Positions 10,298 through 19,911 are shown, counted from the stretch's first letter. The stretch is 64,000 bases of DNA from Nitrospinota bacterium (GCA_016207925.1 JACQZB010000052.1:11792-75791); one strand, 5' to 3'. The notes: a model not told the origin generated them from the letters alone. A program made the numbers and translations.

Positions 10298-11538
10298 GCC
10301 TGGCCGCGCTGGCGTTATGGATGGCCGCCGCCGCGCAGCCGGACGCGGGGTTCGTGGACGCCGCGCGCCTGGTGGGGGAAGCGCGCGTCATGGGGCGCGC
10401 GGGAGGATTCGCCTCCCCCGGTTCGCTGTTGACGCTGGATGTGGACCACGCCGCGGTGGTTCCGGGCGACCGGCTGCTGTTATACGAACCCGCGGAGGAG
10501 GGCGCCGGGCTGTACCGGCCCGTGGGCGCGGTGACGGTGGTTCCGGAAGGCACGGGCGCTGTCAGCGGTGTGGTGAGCGCCGCCGCGCGCGAGTTGTCCG
10601 GAAGGATGCTGCTGGGTTTCAGTCTGCCCTTGGAAATCCAGTTGACGCGCCATCTTCCATTTTTTGACAGTATCGCCCGCGCGTATCTCGCCAGTCCGCC
10701 CCGCGCGCCGTTGGCGGTGGCGGTGGTGGACGTCACCAATCCGCGCGGCGAACGCACCGCCGCCGGCGACCGGCTGCAAGACGGCGTGGAGCGGGCGCTG
10801 TGCGCGCGGCCGCAATTCGCCTGCGTACCGCGCGAGCGGGTGGAAACTTTCTTGCGCGAGGAGGGGGCCGCCACGTCGCGCGCGCTCGACGCCGCGGCGC
10901 TAACGGATCTGCGCGTGCGTTTGGCGGCGGATGTGGTTATCACGGGGCATTATCACGCCATGGAACCGGGCGGCGTGGAGTACGCGCTGCGCGCCATGGC
11001 GATTAAACCGGGCTTGGCCCCGCGGTCGCTGTGGCGCAAGGGCGTGTTGACCGCGCAGGAGTGGGGCGGAGAGGCGGATGAGCGGGTTACGGCCGGCTTT
11101 CAGCCGCTCCGCCGGGCGCGGATCACCGTCAAGGCTCTGGAAGCGGCTACCGTGGAGGGTGTCAAGGCGCGCCGTGTGGCCATGGCGAAGCTTGAGGAAC
11201 TTTATCCGGGGCGCGAACTGGACGGTCAACGATACGCGCCCCCCGCCTTGTCGCTGACCATTGGGGACCGCGCGGTTGATTTGCCCGGTCCCGGCGCCAC
11301 CTACAGCGCCCTGATCCCGGCGGGATTGGCCGCCATAACCATCGCGTACCTGCCCCTGCCGCTGGACATGCGGATGGAAGCGGGACCGCCGCCGCGCCCC
11401 TTGACCGAAAAGGTGAATGTAAGGATCGAGGAGGGCGAGGAATTGATCGTGACGTTGGTTCCGCGCGAGGAGCGTGGGTATGCGATCCTGGCGGTGAATT
11501 ATTCAAAAGTGGGGGAAAAAGGCGCGGGGACGAGGTAG
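10294..11538 (+). CDS. hypothetical secreted protein encoded in the pilus/secretin operon
   Basis: 414 aa. GTG start overlaps the secretin stop (GTGA) with GGAGGAGG Shine-Dalgarno. N-terminal signal-like MSLAALALWMAAAAQP. No recognisable motifs. Confidence 0.5.
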   Translation: MSLAALALWMAAAAQPDAGFVDAARLVGEARVMGRAGGFASPGSLLTLDVDHAAVVPGDRLLLYEPAEEGAGLYRPVGAVTVVPEGTGAVSGVVSAAARELSGRMLLGFSLPLEIQLTRHLPFFDSIARAYLASPPRAPLAVAVVDVTNPRGERTAAGDRLQDGVERALCARPQFACVPRERVETFLREEGAATSRALDAAALTDLRVRLAADVVITGHYHAMEPGGVEYALRAMAIKPGLAPRSLWRKGVLTAQEWGGEADERVTAGFQPLRRARITVKALEAATVEGVKARRVAMAKLEELYPGRELDGQRYAPPALSLTIGDRAVDLPGPGATYSALIPAGLAAITIAYLPLPLDMRMEAGPPPRPLTEKVNVRIEEGEELIVTLVPREERGYAILAVNYSKVGEKGAGTR

Positions 11539-11545
11539 CTGACCG

Positions 11546-11845
11546 TCAGGCTTGCGCGCCGCCCTCGTCTTTGTGATCCACGGTTTCGCGGAAATCCTTG
11601 CCCGTTTTGAAGAAGGGCACCTTCTTGGCGGGCACATGCACCTTCTCGCCCGTCTTGGGGTTGCGCCCCTCCTTCTCCGCCCGGTTGCGGACGCGGAACG
11701 ATCCGAAACCCCTGATTTCCACCTTGTCACCGCGGGCCAGCGCCTCGATGATGCTGTTGGTGAAAATGTTGATGATGTCTTCAGCCTGCTGCTTTTTGAT
11801 ATTGATCTTTTCAGCAAGCTTTTCGGCCATCTCGGATTTCGTCAT
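11546..11845 (-). CDS. HU/IHF family DNA-binding protein (IHF-beta-like)
   Basis: 99 aa. RGFGSF...GRNPKTGE...VPFFKTGK arm motifs of the HU/IHF fold. Confidence 0.85.
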   Translation of the reverse strand: MTKSEMAEKLAEKINIKKQQAEDIINIFTNSIIEALARGDKVEIRGFGSFRVRNRAEKEGRNPKTGEKVHVPAKKVPFFKTGKDFRETVDHKDEGGAQA

Positions 11846-11960
11846 AAAGCTCCTCTTGATTCTGGGCGGCGGCGCCGCGGCGCCAATGTGGCCCCCTGCG
11901 TGACAGGGCGGGTTAACTCTAGCAAATACATTGCTCTTAAGTCAATCCCGCCCGCGGGGC

Positions 11961-12188
11961 CTAATTCATGTCCTCAAAATTTTCCTCGAAATGCGTGTCC
12001 ACGTAGTTGTCAATCATCTCATTGAGCCGATCCTGGAAATAATCAATATCCGCGATATCGGTCAAATTGTCGAGGAAATGCCGGGTCAACGAATGGACAA
12101 GCGCCTCCACCTCCTCGAGGGAGAGGGACTCGTCCACCATGCTTTCATTTACGGAGGCTACGATTCTGCTGATTTTTTCCTGATCCAT
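11961..12188 (-). CDS. small acidic hypothetical protein
   Basis: 75 aa, highly acidic (D/E-rich), no motif recognised. Lies between the IHF and Crp/Fnr genes on the same strand. Confidence 0.4.
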   Translation of the reverse strand: MDQEKISRIVASVNESMVDESLSLEEVEALVHSLTRHFLDNLTDIADIDYFQDRLNEMIDNYVDTHFEENFEDMN

Positions 12189-12269
12189 GTCCTGGTAATC
12201 CTGAAAATGTGACGCTCCAATTATAACCTTGGGGCTTTTTGATTCAAGAGTTTTTCAAGGGAGGGGCGA

Positions 12270-12953
12270 TTATTCCGTTTCACCGAAAATCGCCTTGAGG
12301 TTTTCAAGGTCCAGAATGGTGATGTTTTTCCCCTCCACTTTGAGCACACCGTTTTCGCGCATCTTCTTCAAGCTGCGCTCCACCACCTCGAACGAGGTGC
12401 CGATGACTTCGGCCAGGTCCTGACGTGTCATGGGCAGGTTGACCTCGATGCCTTCCTTTGTCTTTTTGCCGATCTGCGACCCCATCCTGACCAAAAAGCG
12501 CGCGAGGCGTTTTTCCACCGATTGCACCGCCAGCGAACCGAGGTTGTCGGCGAATTCCCGCAGCTTGTTTCCCAGGCCCACGATCATGCGCAGCATGGCG
12601 TCGGGATTGGATTTAAGGAAGTTTGCGAACACCTCGCCGGGTATGGCGCCCGCCTCCGTATCCTCCATGGCGATGGCGGAGGCAGGGTAGGGAAGCCGGT
12701 CAATCCCCACTATCTCCGCCACGGCGCCGCCCGGCCCGAAAATGCCCATGATGGCGTTTTTGCCGTTGGGAAATTCCTTGACCACCTTCACGCGGCCAGA
12801 GGCGATGACGTACATTTTCCCTTCGGTTTCGCCTTCATTGAACAGCCGGTCCCCGCGCTTGTAGGTTCGCCAGATGACGTGGTTCTCAAGCTGCCGGACG
12901 CGCTCGTCGGGAAGCGCGCTGATCAACCGCCATTTACGAAGTTTATCGCTCAT
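12270..12953 (-). CDS. Crp/Fnr family transcriptional regulator
   Basis: ORF 12270..12971, ATG at 12953. N-terminal cNMP-binding-like beta-roll. C-terminal HTH (TRQDLAEVIGTSFEVVERSLKKMRENGVL). Confidence 0.85.
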   Translation of the reverse strand: MSDKLRKWRLISALPDERVRQLENHVIWRTYKRGDRLFNEGETEGKMYVIASGRVKVVKEFPNGKNAIMGIFGPGGAVAEIVGIDRLPYPASAIAMEDTEAGAIPGEVFANFLKSNPDAMLRMIVGLGNKLREFADNLGSLAVQSVEKRLARFLVRMGSQIGKKTKEGIEVNLPMTRQDLAEVIGTSFEVVERSLKKMRENGVLKVEGKNITILDLENLKAIFGETE

Positions 12954-13074
12954 GCCCGGACATCCACCCACTGTTTGAACGATTGTAGCACGATATGTTT
13001 TTTCAAAAGCAATGAACCGCCGGCCCGCGGCGCAGCCGCGCGCGAGTTTTTTTCGCGCCCGTCATGCGGCGGCG

Positions 13075-13118
13075 TATAATTTCCCGTTTTACGCCATCCG
13101 TATGATTTTGGTCATACG
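13075..13118. promoter_or_regulatory. divergent promoter region: consensus TATAAT box (13075-13080) and 22-bp perfect palindrome CCGTATGA-N6-TCATACGG (13097-13118)
   Basis: Palindrome has TATGA-N6-TCATA geometry, the same 5-N6-5 layout as CRP/FNR boxes. Located between the Crp/Fnr gene (-) and the DUF1858 membrane protein gene (+). Confidence 0.45.
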
Positions 13119-13179
13119 GTTTGTCGTTGCCGCCGGTCATCATGATTAGGCAATGCGGTAATTATTGGGAGCGGTTTCG

Positions 13180-14139
13180 ATGGATCGTTACGGCAGATTG
13201 TTCATTCGCGCGTCGCTGGTGTACCTTGGGCTGGGCGCGTTTTTCGCCATTCACATGGCGTTCGCCGACCACGGCATGGCGCAGATACGTTTCCTGCACG
13301 TCCATGCGATGCTGGCCGGATTCATGGCGATGATGATATTCGGCGTCGCCTACCACATCCTGCCGCGGTTCAACGCCAAGGCCATCCGTTTCCCCGCGTT
13401 CATCCCGGCGCATTTCTGGCTCGCCAACATCGGGCTGGTGGGCATGGCCGGTTTATACGCCGCGGGGGCGTTTTACGCCGGCGGCGCGCCGCGGGCGCTG
13501 TTTGGCGTATTTGGTTCGATGCAGGCGCTGGGCATGTTCATGTTCATCGCCAATATCTGGGGCGTACTGGGCGACGACCGGGTCCCCGCGTTGGTAAACA
13601 CCGCCGCGCCCGCGACCGAAGCGCCTGCGCCCGCCGCGAAGCTAGATATGGCGAAACCGGAAGTAAAGCTGCGGCCCTCGATGAAAATCGCGGAAATTCT
13701 CGATCAGTACCCGCAGTTGGAGCAGGCGCTGGTGGATGAAGGGCTGGGTGATCTGGCCAATCCCGCCGTGCGGCAGAGCGCCGCGCGGGTGGTGACGCTA
13801 GAGATGGCGGCGCGCAAAAACGGGGTGGATCTGTACCCGCTTCTGGCGCGCCTCGAAGGGCGCAGCCTGATGAAGGTATCCGCGGCCCCGGCGCCCGCCC
13901 CCGCGCCTAAGCGCAATGGATTCAAGCGTGGCGACGCCCCCACGTTACAAACGCTGATCGGGGAACTGCTGGAAGTCTATCCGGAAACAAGGCCGGTAAT
14001 TGAGCGTCATTATGGCTCGTCGTGTTTCACTTGCCCCGGCCAGGCGACCGAGACGGTGGAGCAGACCGCCGGGATGCACGGGATGCCCCCGCAGAAAATA
14101 CTTGACGAAATCAACGCTATCATTAAGAATTCCATTTAG
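13180..14139 (+). CDS. membrane protein: His-rich 4-TM N-terminal domain fused to two DUF1858 (hybrid-cluster-protein-associated redox domain)-like modules
   Basis: ORF 13165..14139, ATG 13180 preceded by GGGAG. TM helices carry conserved-looking His residues (FLHVHAM, AYHILPRF). C-terminal repeats resemble DUF1858, the second with a CFTC pair. Confidence 0.55.
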   Translation: MDRYGRLFIRASLVYLGLGAFFAIHMAFADHGMAQIRFLHVHAMLAGFMAMMIFGVAYHILPRFNAKAIRFPAFIPAHFWLANIGLVGMAGLYAAGAFYAGGAPRALFGVFGSMQALGMFMFIANIWGVLGDDRVPALVNTAAPATEAPAPAAKLDMAKPEVKLRPSMKIAEILDQYPQLEQALVDEGLGDLANPAVRQSAARVVTLEMAARKNGVDLYPLLARLEGRSLMKVSAAPAPAPAPKRNGFKRGDAPTLQTLIGELLEVYPETRPVIERHYGSSCFTCPGQATETVEQTAGMHGMPPQKILDEINAIIKNSI

Positions 14140-14299
14140 GTAGAACAATATATCTCCAGCCTGTCGCATGGTTAGGCGCTTGCCACAACAACGCTGAACG
14201 GGAACGTTCAGCACGGGTTATGAAAGCCCCGCGGGGCCTTCGATAGCCCGGCCTTCGCCGACGGACGGTTCTCCCTTATTTCATAAACGCGGTAAACGT

Positions 14300-15883
14300 A
14301 TGTCCATGACACGAAAAATAGTGGTTCCAGAGTGGCGCAACGCCACGGCGCCTTGCGGCGGGCGGCAGGGATGCCCGGCCTATACCAACATCGCCGGGGC
14401 CTTGCACGCGCTGGCCATCGGCGACGTGAAGCAGGCGTGGACGATCATGATGGACAGCCACCCGTTGCGCGCCACACTGGGCAGGGTGTGTTACGGCTTT
14501 TGCGAGAAGCCGTGCAACCGCGGCGAGTTCGACTCCCCCATTTCCATCCAGATGCTCGAGGCGGCCATCGGCGACTACGGGTACGACGCCGGGTGGCGGC
14601 CCGCCATCGCGCCAGCCAACGGCAAAAAAGTCCTTATCACCGGATCCGGCCCTTGCGGCTTGACGGCGGCCTGGTTTTTGAACCTCCACGGGTTCCATGT
14701 GGAAATATTCGAGGCGGAAGACAAGCCGGGCGGCATGTTGCGCCACGGCATCCCCGCCTACCGGCTGGACCGCGCCACGCTGGATCGCGAGATCGAGTTC
14801 ATCCGCTCCTGCGGCGTGAAGGTCAACCTCAAGCAGCGCCTGGGCGTTAATGAGATCGAGGCGATGCGCTCCAAGAGCGGCGGATTCGACGCGGCCATCG
14901 TCGCCGCCGGAGCGGGCCTGTCGCGCGCGGCGGAGTTCGACGGCGAGGACCGCGCGGTCAAGGGCTTGGATTTCCTCAAGCAGGTCAACACCGGCAAGCT
15001 GCGGGCGGGCGCGCTGAAGGGCAAGCATATCGTGGTGATCGGCGGCGGCAACGTGGCCATGGACGCCAGCCGCTCGGCCATGCGCCTGGGGCCGCGTTCG
15101 GTGACGGTGCTCTACCGCCGCACGGAGGCGATGATGCCGGCCCACGCGCATGAAATCCGCCAGGCGCGCGAGGAAGGGGTGGAGTTCGCGTTCCTGGAGG
15201 CGCCCGCGTCGTTCCACGGCGCCACGCTCAAGGCGCAGGTGATGGCGCTTGGCGCGGTGGACGCCTCGGGCCGGCAGGCGCCCGTCCCCACGCGCAAGAC
15301 GCATGACTACCATGCGGACCTGCTGATCACCGCCGTGGGGCAGAAGTGGGACACCTGGAAATTCGCCGATACCCGGCGCGTGGTGGTGGCCGGCGACGCG
15401 CGGCACGACTCGCCGGGCACGGTGATCCACGCCATCGCTTCGGGGCGGCGCTCCGCCAACGCCATCGCCCGCAACCTTACGGGGCGCGAGTTGTTCGCGC
15501 CGTTGGGCGAGGAGGTCACCTACGGCAAGATGAACGTGGCGCGCTATTTCACGCAGGCGATGCGCCTGCGGACGTATGCGGAGCGGCCCGAAAAGCGGGT
15601 GCAGTCGTTCGAGCCGGCGGAGCGGATCGCGAGCCTGGAAGAGGCGATGATCGAGGCCAAGCGCTGTTTCCGCTGCGGCACGTGCCTGGGCGGCGTTGAT
15701 TCAACCTGCGACTGGTGCTTCCGCGCCTGCAAGCGCGAGGAGGGCATCGTCAAATACATGAAGCCCTGGGATCCCACGGGGCCGTTCTACGAGCGCGGCG
15801 CCGGGTGCGACACCTGCAGCCGCTGCTGGGAGGATTGCCCGCGTCACGTGGTCACCCCGCATGATAGGGAGGTGGAGGAATGA
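14300..15883 (+). CDS. glutamate synthase small-subunit (GltD)-like NAD(P)H oxidoreductase with C-terminal ferredoxin-like Cys cluster
   Basis: 527 aa. N-terminal FeS Cys motifs. Two dinucleotide-binding motifs (GSGPCGLTAAW, VIGGGNVAMDASRSA). C-terminal CxxCxxCxxxCP (CDTCSRCWEDCP). Confidence 0.8.
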   Translation: MSMTRKIVVPEWRNATAPCGGRQGCPAYTNIAGALHALAIGDVKQAWTIMMDSHPLRATLGRVCYGFCEKPCNRGEFDSPISIQMLEAAIGDYGYDAGWRPAIAPANGKKVLITGSGPCGLTAAWFLNLHGFHVEIFEAEDKPGGMLRHGIPAYRLDRATLDREIEFIRSCGVKVNLKQRLGVNEIEAMRSKSGGFDAAIVAAGAGLSRAAEFDGEDRAVKGLDFLKQVNTGKLRAGALKGKHIVVIGGGNVAMDASRSAMRLGPRSVTVLYRRTEAMMPAHAHEIRQAREEGVEFAFLEAPASFHGATLKAQVMALGAVDASGRQAPVPTRKTHDYHADLLITAVGQKWDTWKFADTRRVVVAGDARHDSPGTVIHAIASGRRSANAIARNLTGRELFAPLGEEVTYGKMNVARYFTQAMRLRTYAERPEKRVQSFEPAERIASLEEAMIEAKRCFRCGTCLGGVDSTCDWCFRACKREEGIVKYMKPWDPTGPFYERGAGCDTCSRCWEDCPRHVVTPHDREVEE

Positions 15884-17109
15884 ATACCGGCGGCGCCGCG
15901 CGGCGCGGAATTTCACCGGGCGACTGCGGCGCCAATGGCGTGGGGCCGGGCGCCTGCGGACTGTACACCGCCATCGGCGAGGTGAACCTGCACGCCGCCC
16001 TGCAGGCCGCCAAGACCATGCAGGAGCGGGGCACCTTCGGCGCCGGGATCCTGCTGCGCGGCTGCTACCCGAAACGCAAAAACTACTTCGCGTTCCACGT
16101 GCTCTTCCGCAACCGCGAGGTGGCCCGCGAATTGGAGCCGCTGTTCACCGAGGAAAAAGTCGGGATGCGCCACTACGGCGAAATGGAGCCGCTGGTGGAC
16201 GCGGAAATGTACCGCAAGTATGATCTGCCGGAAATGCGCCGCTACTTCATGATCCCGCCCGGGCAGGACGTGATGCTGCGCCGCAAGCACACCGACAACG
16301 AGTACGAGTACGTCCGCCGCGTGGTGGAGGAGTACAACCAGACCCACATGGGCCAGTCGCGCATCTTCTCCTCCGGCAAGGACGTGGGCAACTTTTTGAC
16401 CGCGCTGACGCTGGAGGACACCATACGCGCATTCAACCTGTACCAGTACGAAAGCGCGCCGTTGACGGCCATCATGGCTCACATGCGCTGGCCCACCAGC
16501 ATCGTGGACACCGGCGTGTGGTGGGGCGCGCATCCCATCAGCTTCCTCAACTCCGCGGTGGTCCATAACGGCGATCTTTCCTCCGCGCAGTCCAACCGGC
16601 AGGGGTTGGAGGCGGCCGGAGTGGAGCGCATGGTGGGCACCGACTCGGAGGCGATCCTGCTGGAAGTGGACGATCTGGTGACCCGCCGCGGCTTTTCCAT
16701 GCGCGAGGTGGAATGGGTGATGTGCCAGAAGTTCCCCAAGGAGCTTTCCGCGCTGGAGCAGGACGAACGCCGGGACTACCTGAAAATGGTGGGCGACCCC
16801 ATCCTGTCGCGTTACAAGATGAGCGGGCCTTCTTCATTCATCGCCATCGTGGGTGACAAGGTGATCGCCGGGCGCGACCGCGACGGCCTGCGCCAGTTGT
16901 GGATGGGCCGCTCCGATGACGGCAAAACCGTTATCTGGGGTTCCGAGGAAAAAGTGATCTACCAGACCGCGTGGATGGTGGAAAAACGTTTTCGCGCCAT
17001 CAACTGCGAACCGGGCAAACTGGTGGCGTTCGAGCTTTCCGGCGAGGGCAAGATCAAGGATTTGTACGGCGAAACGCTGGCGCCCCGTAACGCGGAGATG
17101 CCTATATGA
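15880..17109 (+). CDS. glutamate synthase large-subunit domain 1: class-II glutamine amidotransferase subunit (archaeal-type split GltB)
   Basis: 409 aa. ATGA overlap with the upstream gene. Ntn-type catalytic Cys context (DCGANGVG). GATase-2 fold motifs. Confidence 0.7.
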   Translation: MNTGGAARRGISPGDCGANGVGPGACGLYTAIGEVNLHAALQAAKTMQERGTFGAGILLRGCYPKRKNYFAFHVLFRNREVARELEPLFTEEKVGMRHYGEMEPLVDAEMYRKYDLPEMRRYFMIPPGQDVMLRRKHTDNEYEYVRRVVEEYNQTHMGQSRIFSSGKDVGNFLTALTLEDTIRAFNLYQYESAPLTAIMAHMRWPTSIVDTGVWWGAHPISFLNSAVVHNGDLSSAQSNRQGLEAAGVERMVGTDSEAILLEVDDLVTRRGFSMREVEWVMCQKFPKELSALEQDERRDYLKMVGDPILSRYKMSGPSSFIAIVGDKVIAGRDRDGLRQLWMGRSDDGKTVIWGSEEKVIYQTAWMVEKRFRAINCEPGKLVAFELSGEGKIKDLYGETLAPRNAEMPI

Positions 17110-18713
17110 CAACCGCCATGGAAACAAATTCCACCCTGCGGCTCGACAGCCGCGAGATCGTGTACGACCGCCCCCTCAAGGTGGGCATCGGCCAGATGGG
17201 CGGCCCCTACAAGGTCACCGTGGATCCGGACAAATGCGTATGGTGTTTCACCTGCGTCTATCAGTGCACCCACAACATCTCCGACAAGGCGCGCAAAACG
17301 GGCGTGTTCGAGGGGGTGACGGTGTTCCTGGACGAGAAGAAGCGCCGCCTGCCCGCCACCGCCGCCGAAGGGGCGTTCCTGCGGCAGGAACTGCGAATCA
17401 TGGATCTTGACTGCTGCAACTGCAAGCGGTGTGTGGCCATGTGCCCCACCAACGCCATCACGGTGGACCACAGCCCCAACTGGGACGTCATCGGCACGCC
17501 GGAGAACAACGCCACGGTCATTTTCCAGAACCTCTCGCGCTCCGAGGGGAAGAAGATGACCAGTTCGATGCAGGAGTACAGCCAGCCGCCGGATTACGAG
17601 GATTTCCACATAGACGCCTCCATCATCCTCAATCCGCAGCGCGACAACCGCAACGAGTTCGCCGGCCAGCTTTCCCACTGCTACCTGGGCAAGCATCCGG
17701 AGCGGCGCCACCGGGTGCATCTGCCGGTGTTCGACTCGCACATGAGCTACGGCTCCAACAGCCACGAGGCCATGCTGGCGCGCATCCTGGCCAGCGTGGA
17801 ACTGGGGCGGCCCTTTTTCGCTGGCGAGGGCTACCTGCATCCGGACTTCGCCCCGGCGTTCAAACATTGCATCCTGCAGTTCGGCACCGGCGGGTTCGGC
17901 CCGTGGGTTGATCTGGACCAGTTCCTTGGCATATCCATGAAGTACGGCCAGGACGCGAAGAAAGGCAAGGGGGGCAAGCTGCCCGCGCCCAAGAACGACT
18001 GGGAGATAGCGCTGATCCGCTGCATCGAGCCGTACCGCGACGTCAACAGCCCCAACCCGCAGCACTTGCAGTACTCCATCGAGGAGCTGCGGATGCGGAT
18101 CGCGTCGCTGCGCGCGGCGCTTGGCCCCAACAAGCTGGTGGGCGCGGACATATACGGCACCATCTGGAACATCCAGCACATCGTGGTGGCCCTCGCCCGC
18201 GCGGGTTTCGATTACATCACCCTGCGCGGCGGCGGCGGCGGCACGGGCGCCGCCTCGATCACCGATCTGCAGAACCGCGGCCTTAACACGCTGTACATCG
18301 GCAAACTGGCGCACGACGCCCTGGTGGAAGAGGGGCTGCGCGAGTCGGTGTCGCTGATCGGCGAAGGCTCTTTCCTAAATCCAAAGATGGCGCTGATGGG
18401 CCTGATGGTGGGCTATGATTTCGTGGGCACCGGCACGCGCCACCTTATCCCGCTGGGCTGCACCATGTGCCGGCGGTGCCACACGGGCCAGTGCGCCTGG
18501 GGCATCACCAGCCGCCCCTGGGGCCACCGCATTGACCCGGAGGAGGGCGCGCTGCGGATCGTGAACATGATGAAATCGTGGAAGCGCGGCATGGAGGGCC
18601 TCGCCGCCGGCTTGGGCTTCACCACCCACGGCGACGTGGTCGGCTCGCGCATGTTCCGCTACCACGGCAAGAACCCGTTGTTGTATGAAGCCTTCGGCAA
18701 AGGGCCGTTCTAG
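17106..18713 (+). CDS. glutamate synthase large-subunit domain 2: FMN-binding central domain with N-terminal 2x[4Fe-4S] ferredoxin motifs
   Basis: 535 aa. CVWCFTCVYQC and CCNCKRCVAMCP motifs. GltB central-domain FMN/FeS region (LRGGGGGTGAA, CTMCRRCHTGQC). Confidence 0.8.
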   Translation: MTTAMETNSTLRLDSREIVYDRPLKVGIGQMGGPYKVTVDPDKCVWCFTCVYQCTHNISDKARKTGVFEGVTVFLDEKKRRLPATAAEGAFLRQELRIMDLDCCNCKRCVAMCPTNAITVDHSPNWDVIGTPENNATVIFQNLSRSEGKKMTSSMQEYSQPPDYEDFHIDASIILNPQRDNRNEFAGQLSHCYLGKHPERRHRVHLPVFDSHMSYGSNSHEAMLARILASVELGRPFFAGEGYLHPDFAPAFKHCILQFGTGGFGPWVDLDQFLGISMKYGQDAKKGKGGKLPAPKNDWEIALIRCIEPYRDVNSPNPQHLQYSIEELRMRIASLRAALGPNKLVGADIYGTIWNIQHIVVALARAGFDYITLRGGGGGTGAASITDLQNRGLNTLYIGKLAHDALVEEGLRESVSLIGEGSFLNPKMALMGLMVGYDFVGTGTRHLIPLGCTMCRRCHTGQCAWGITSRPWGHRIDPEEGALRIVNMMKSWKRGMEGLAAGLGFTTHGDVVGSRMFRYHGKNPLLYEAFGKGPF

Positions 18714-18722
18714 GAAAATCCC

Positions 18723-19796
18723 ATGAGTGATACCGCGCAGACTCCGGCGAAAAAATCAAAACCGGCCAAGACCGTGACGCTGAACGCCACCACTCCGTTG
18801 GAGCAAGTGGCCGCGCTGGCCTCGGGACGCCGCGCCGTGACCATTGACTGCGGCGTGCTGGCCATGGACGGCGGGTACCTTAACCAGATGATGAAGGCCG
18901 CGCGCGGCGCGGGCGTGGAAGAGTTCACCTTGCTCAATGTATGCGGGCAGAACATCGTGGGCACCGGTGTGGCCGGCCCCTGCCGCATTGACGTGTACGG
19001 GCTGATGGGCAACCATTCGGCGGCGTTCGTGGACAAGGTGACCATCAACACCTACCCCACCACGTTTCCCAACGGCGTGTGGTGCCCCGGCGACGCTCAG
19101 GTGGCCATCGGCAACACATCCAATCCCAAGGAAATGAACATCGGCGGCTCCGTGGACGACCTGTTCGCCAGCTACTGCCCCTCCGGCCTGTTCCGTGTGG
19201 CCGGGCAGGGCGGCAACCGCTGCGGGCTGCGCGCGGGCGCGGGCGTGCCGCATGTCTGGCGCGAGATTGACTACTCGCAGTTCGCCGGGTTGTCCGTGGA
19301 GGGGACGAAGGAAGAATTGCTGTACCGCTACCAGCAGCGCCGCGCCCGTGTCAACCGGATCGGCTTCCAGCAGTTCCTGTTGGAATATAAACAGAAGGTG
19401 GAGGACCGCCAGCCGCCGGTGATCGTGTTCGGGCGGCGTGTGCGCGACTACTTCATGGAATACGCGCAGGGTTCCATCGGCGTGATCCTCAACGTGTACA
19501 ACGTCCCCAACCCGGCGGGGTACTACATCTGCTCCGGCATGACCGCGGGCGCCGTGTTCATCCGCGGCGACATCGGCCCGGAGCGGCTGGGCCACGCGGT
19601 GGTTTTTGGCGGATTGACGGATATGGATCGGGAATTTCTCAAGACCCAGATCGAGGCGTTCTACGACACGTTTAACCGCCACCTCACCGACTCGTACCAG
19701 GAGAAGCTCGACGAATTGATGAACCGCTTCGCCAAGGAGGCAGCCGAGGTCGTTGGCGAGTTCCTGAAAATCGTTCCGGGCGTGGATACGGACTGA
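18723..19796 (+). CDS. glutamate synthase large-subunit domain 3: GXGXG-motif domain subunit
   Basis: 357 aa. Repeated G-x-G-x-G beta-helix motifs (VGTGVAGPCRIDVYG, AGQGGNRCGLRAGAG) typical of GltB C-terminal domain and FwdC. Confidence 0.75.
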   Translation: MSDTAQTPAKKSKPAKTVTLNATTPLEQVAALASGRRAVTIDCGVLAMDGGYLNQMMKAARGAGVEEFTLLNVCGQNIVGTGVAGPCRIDVYGLMGNHSAAFVDKVTINTYPTTFPNGVWCPGDAQVAIGNTSNPKEMNIGGSVDDLFASYCPSGLFRVAGQGGNRCGLRAGAGVPHVWREIDYSQFAGLSVEGTKEELLYRYQQRRARVNRIGFQQFLLEYKQKVEDRQPPVIVFGRRVRDYFMEYAQGSIGVILNVYNVPNPAGYYICSGMTAGAVFIRGDIGPERLGHAVVFGGLTDMDREFLKTQIEAFYDTFNRHLTDSYQEKLDELMNRFAKEAAEVVGEFLKIVPGVDTD

Positions 19797-19911
19797 CCGC
19801 CGCGCTGTCCGCCATTCCGGCCGTAGGGGCGATTCATGAATCGCGCCACCCCCGCGTTCGCTCCGTTGCGCTATACTTTCTCCGGATGGGCAGATTAACC
19901 GGGAGCGCGGC

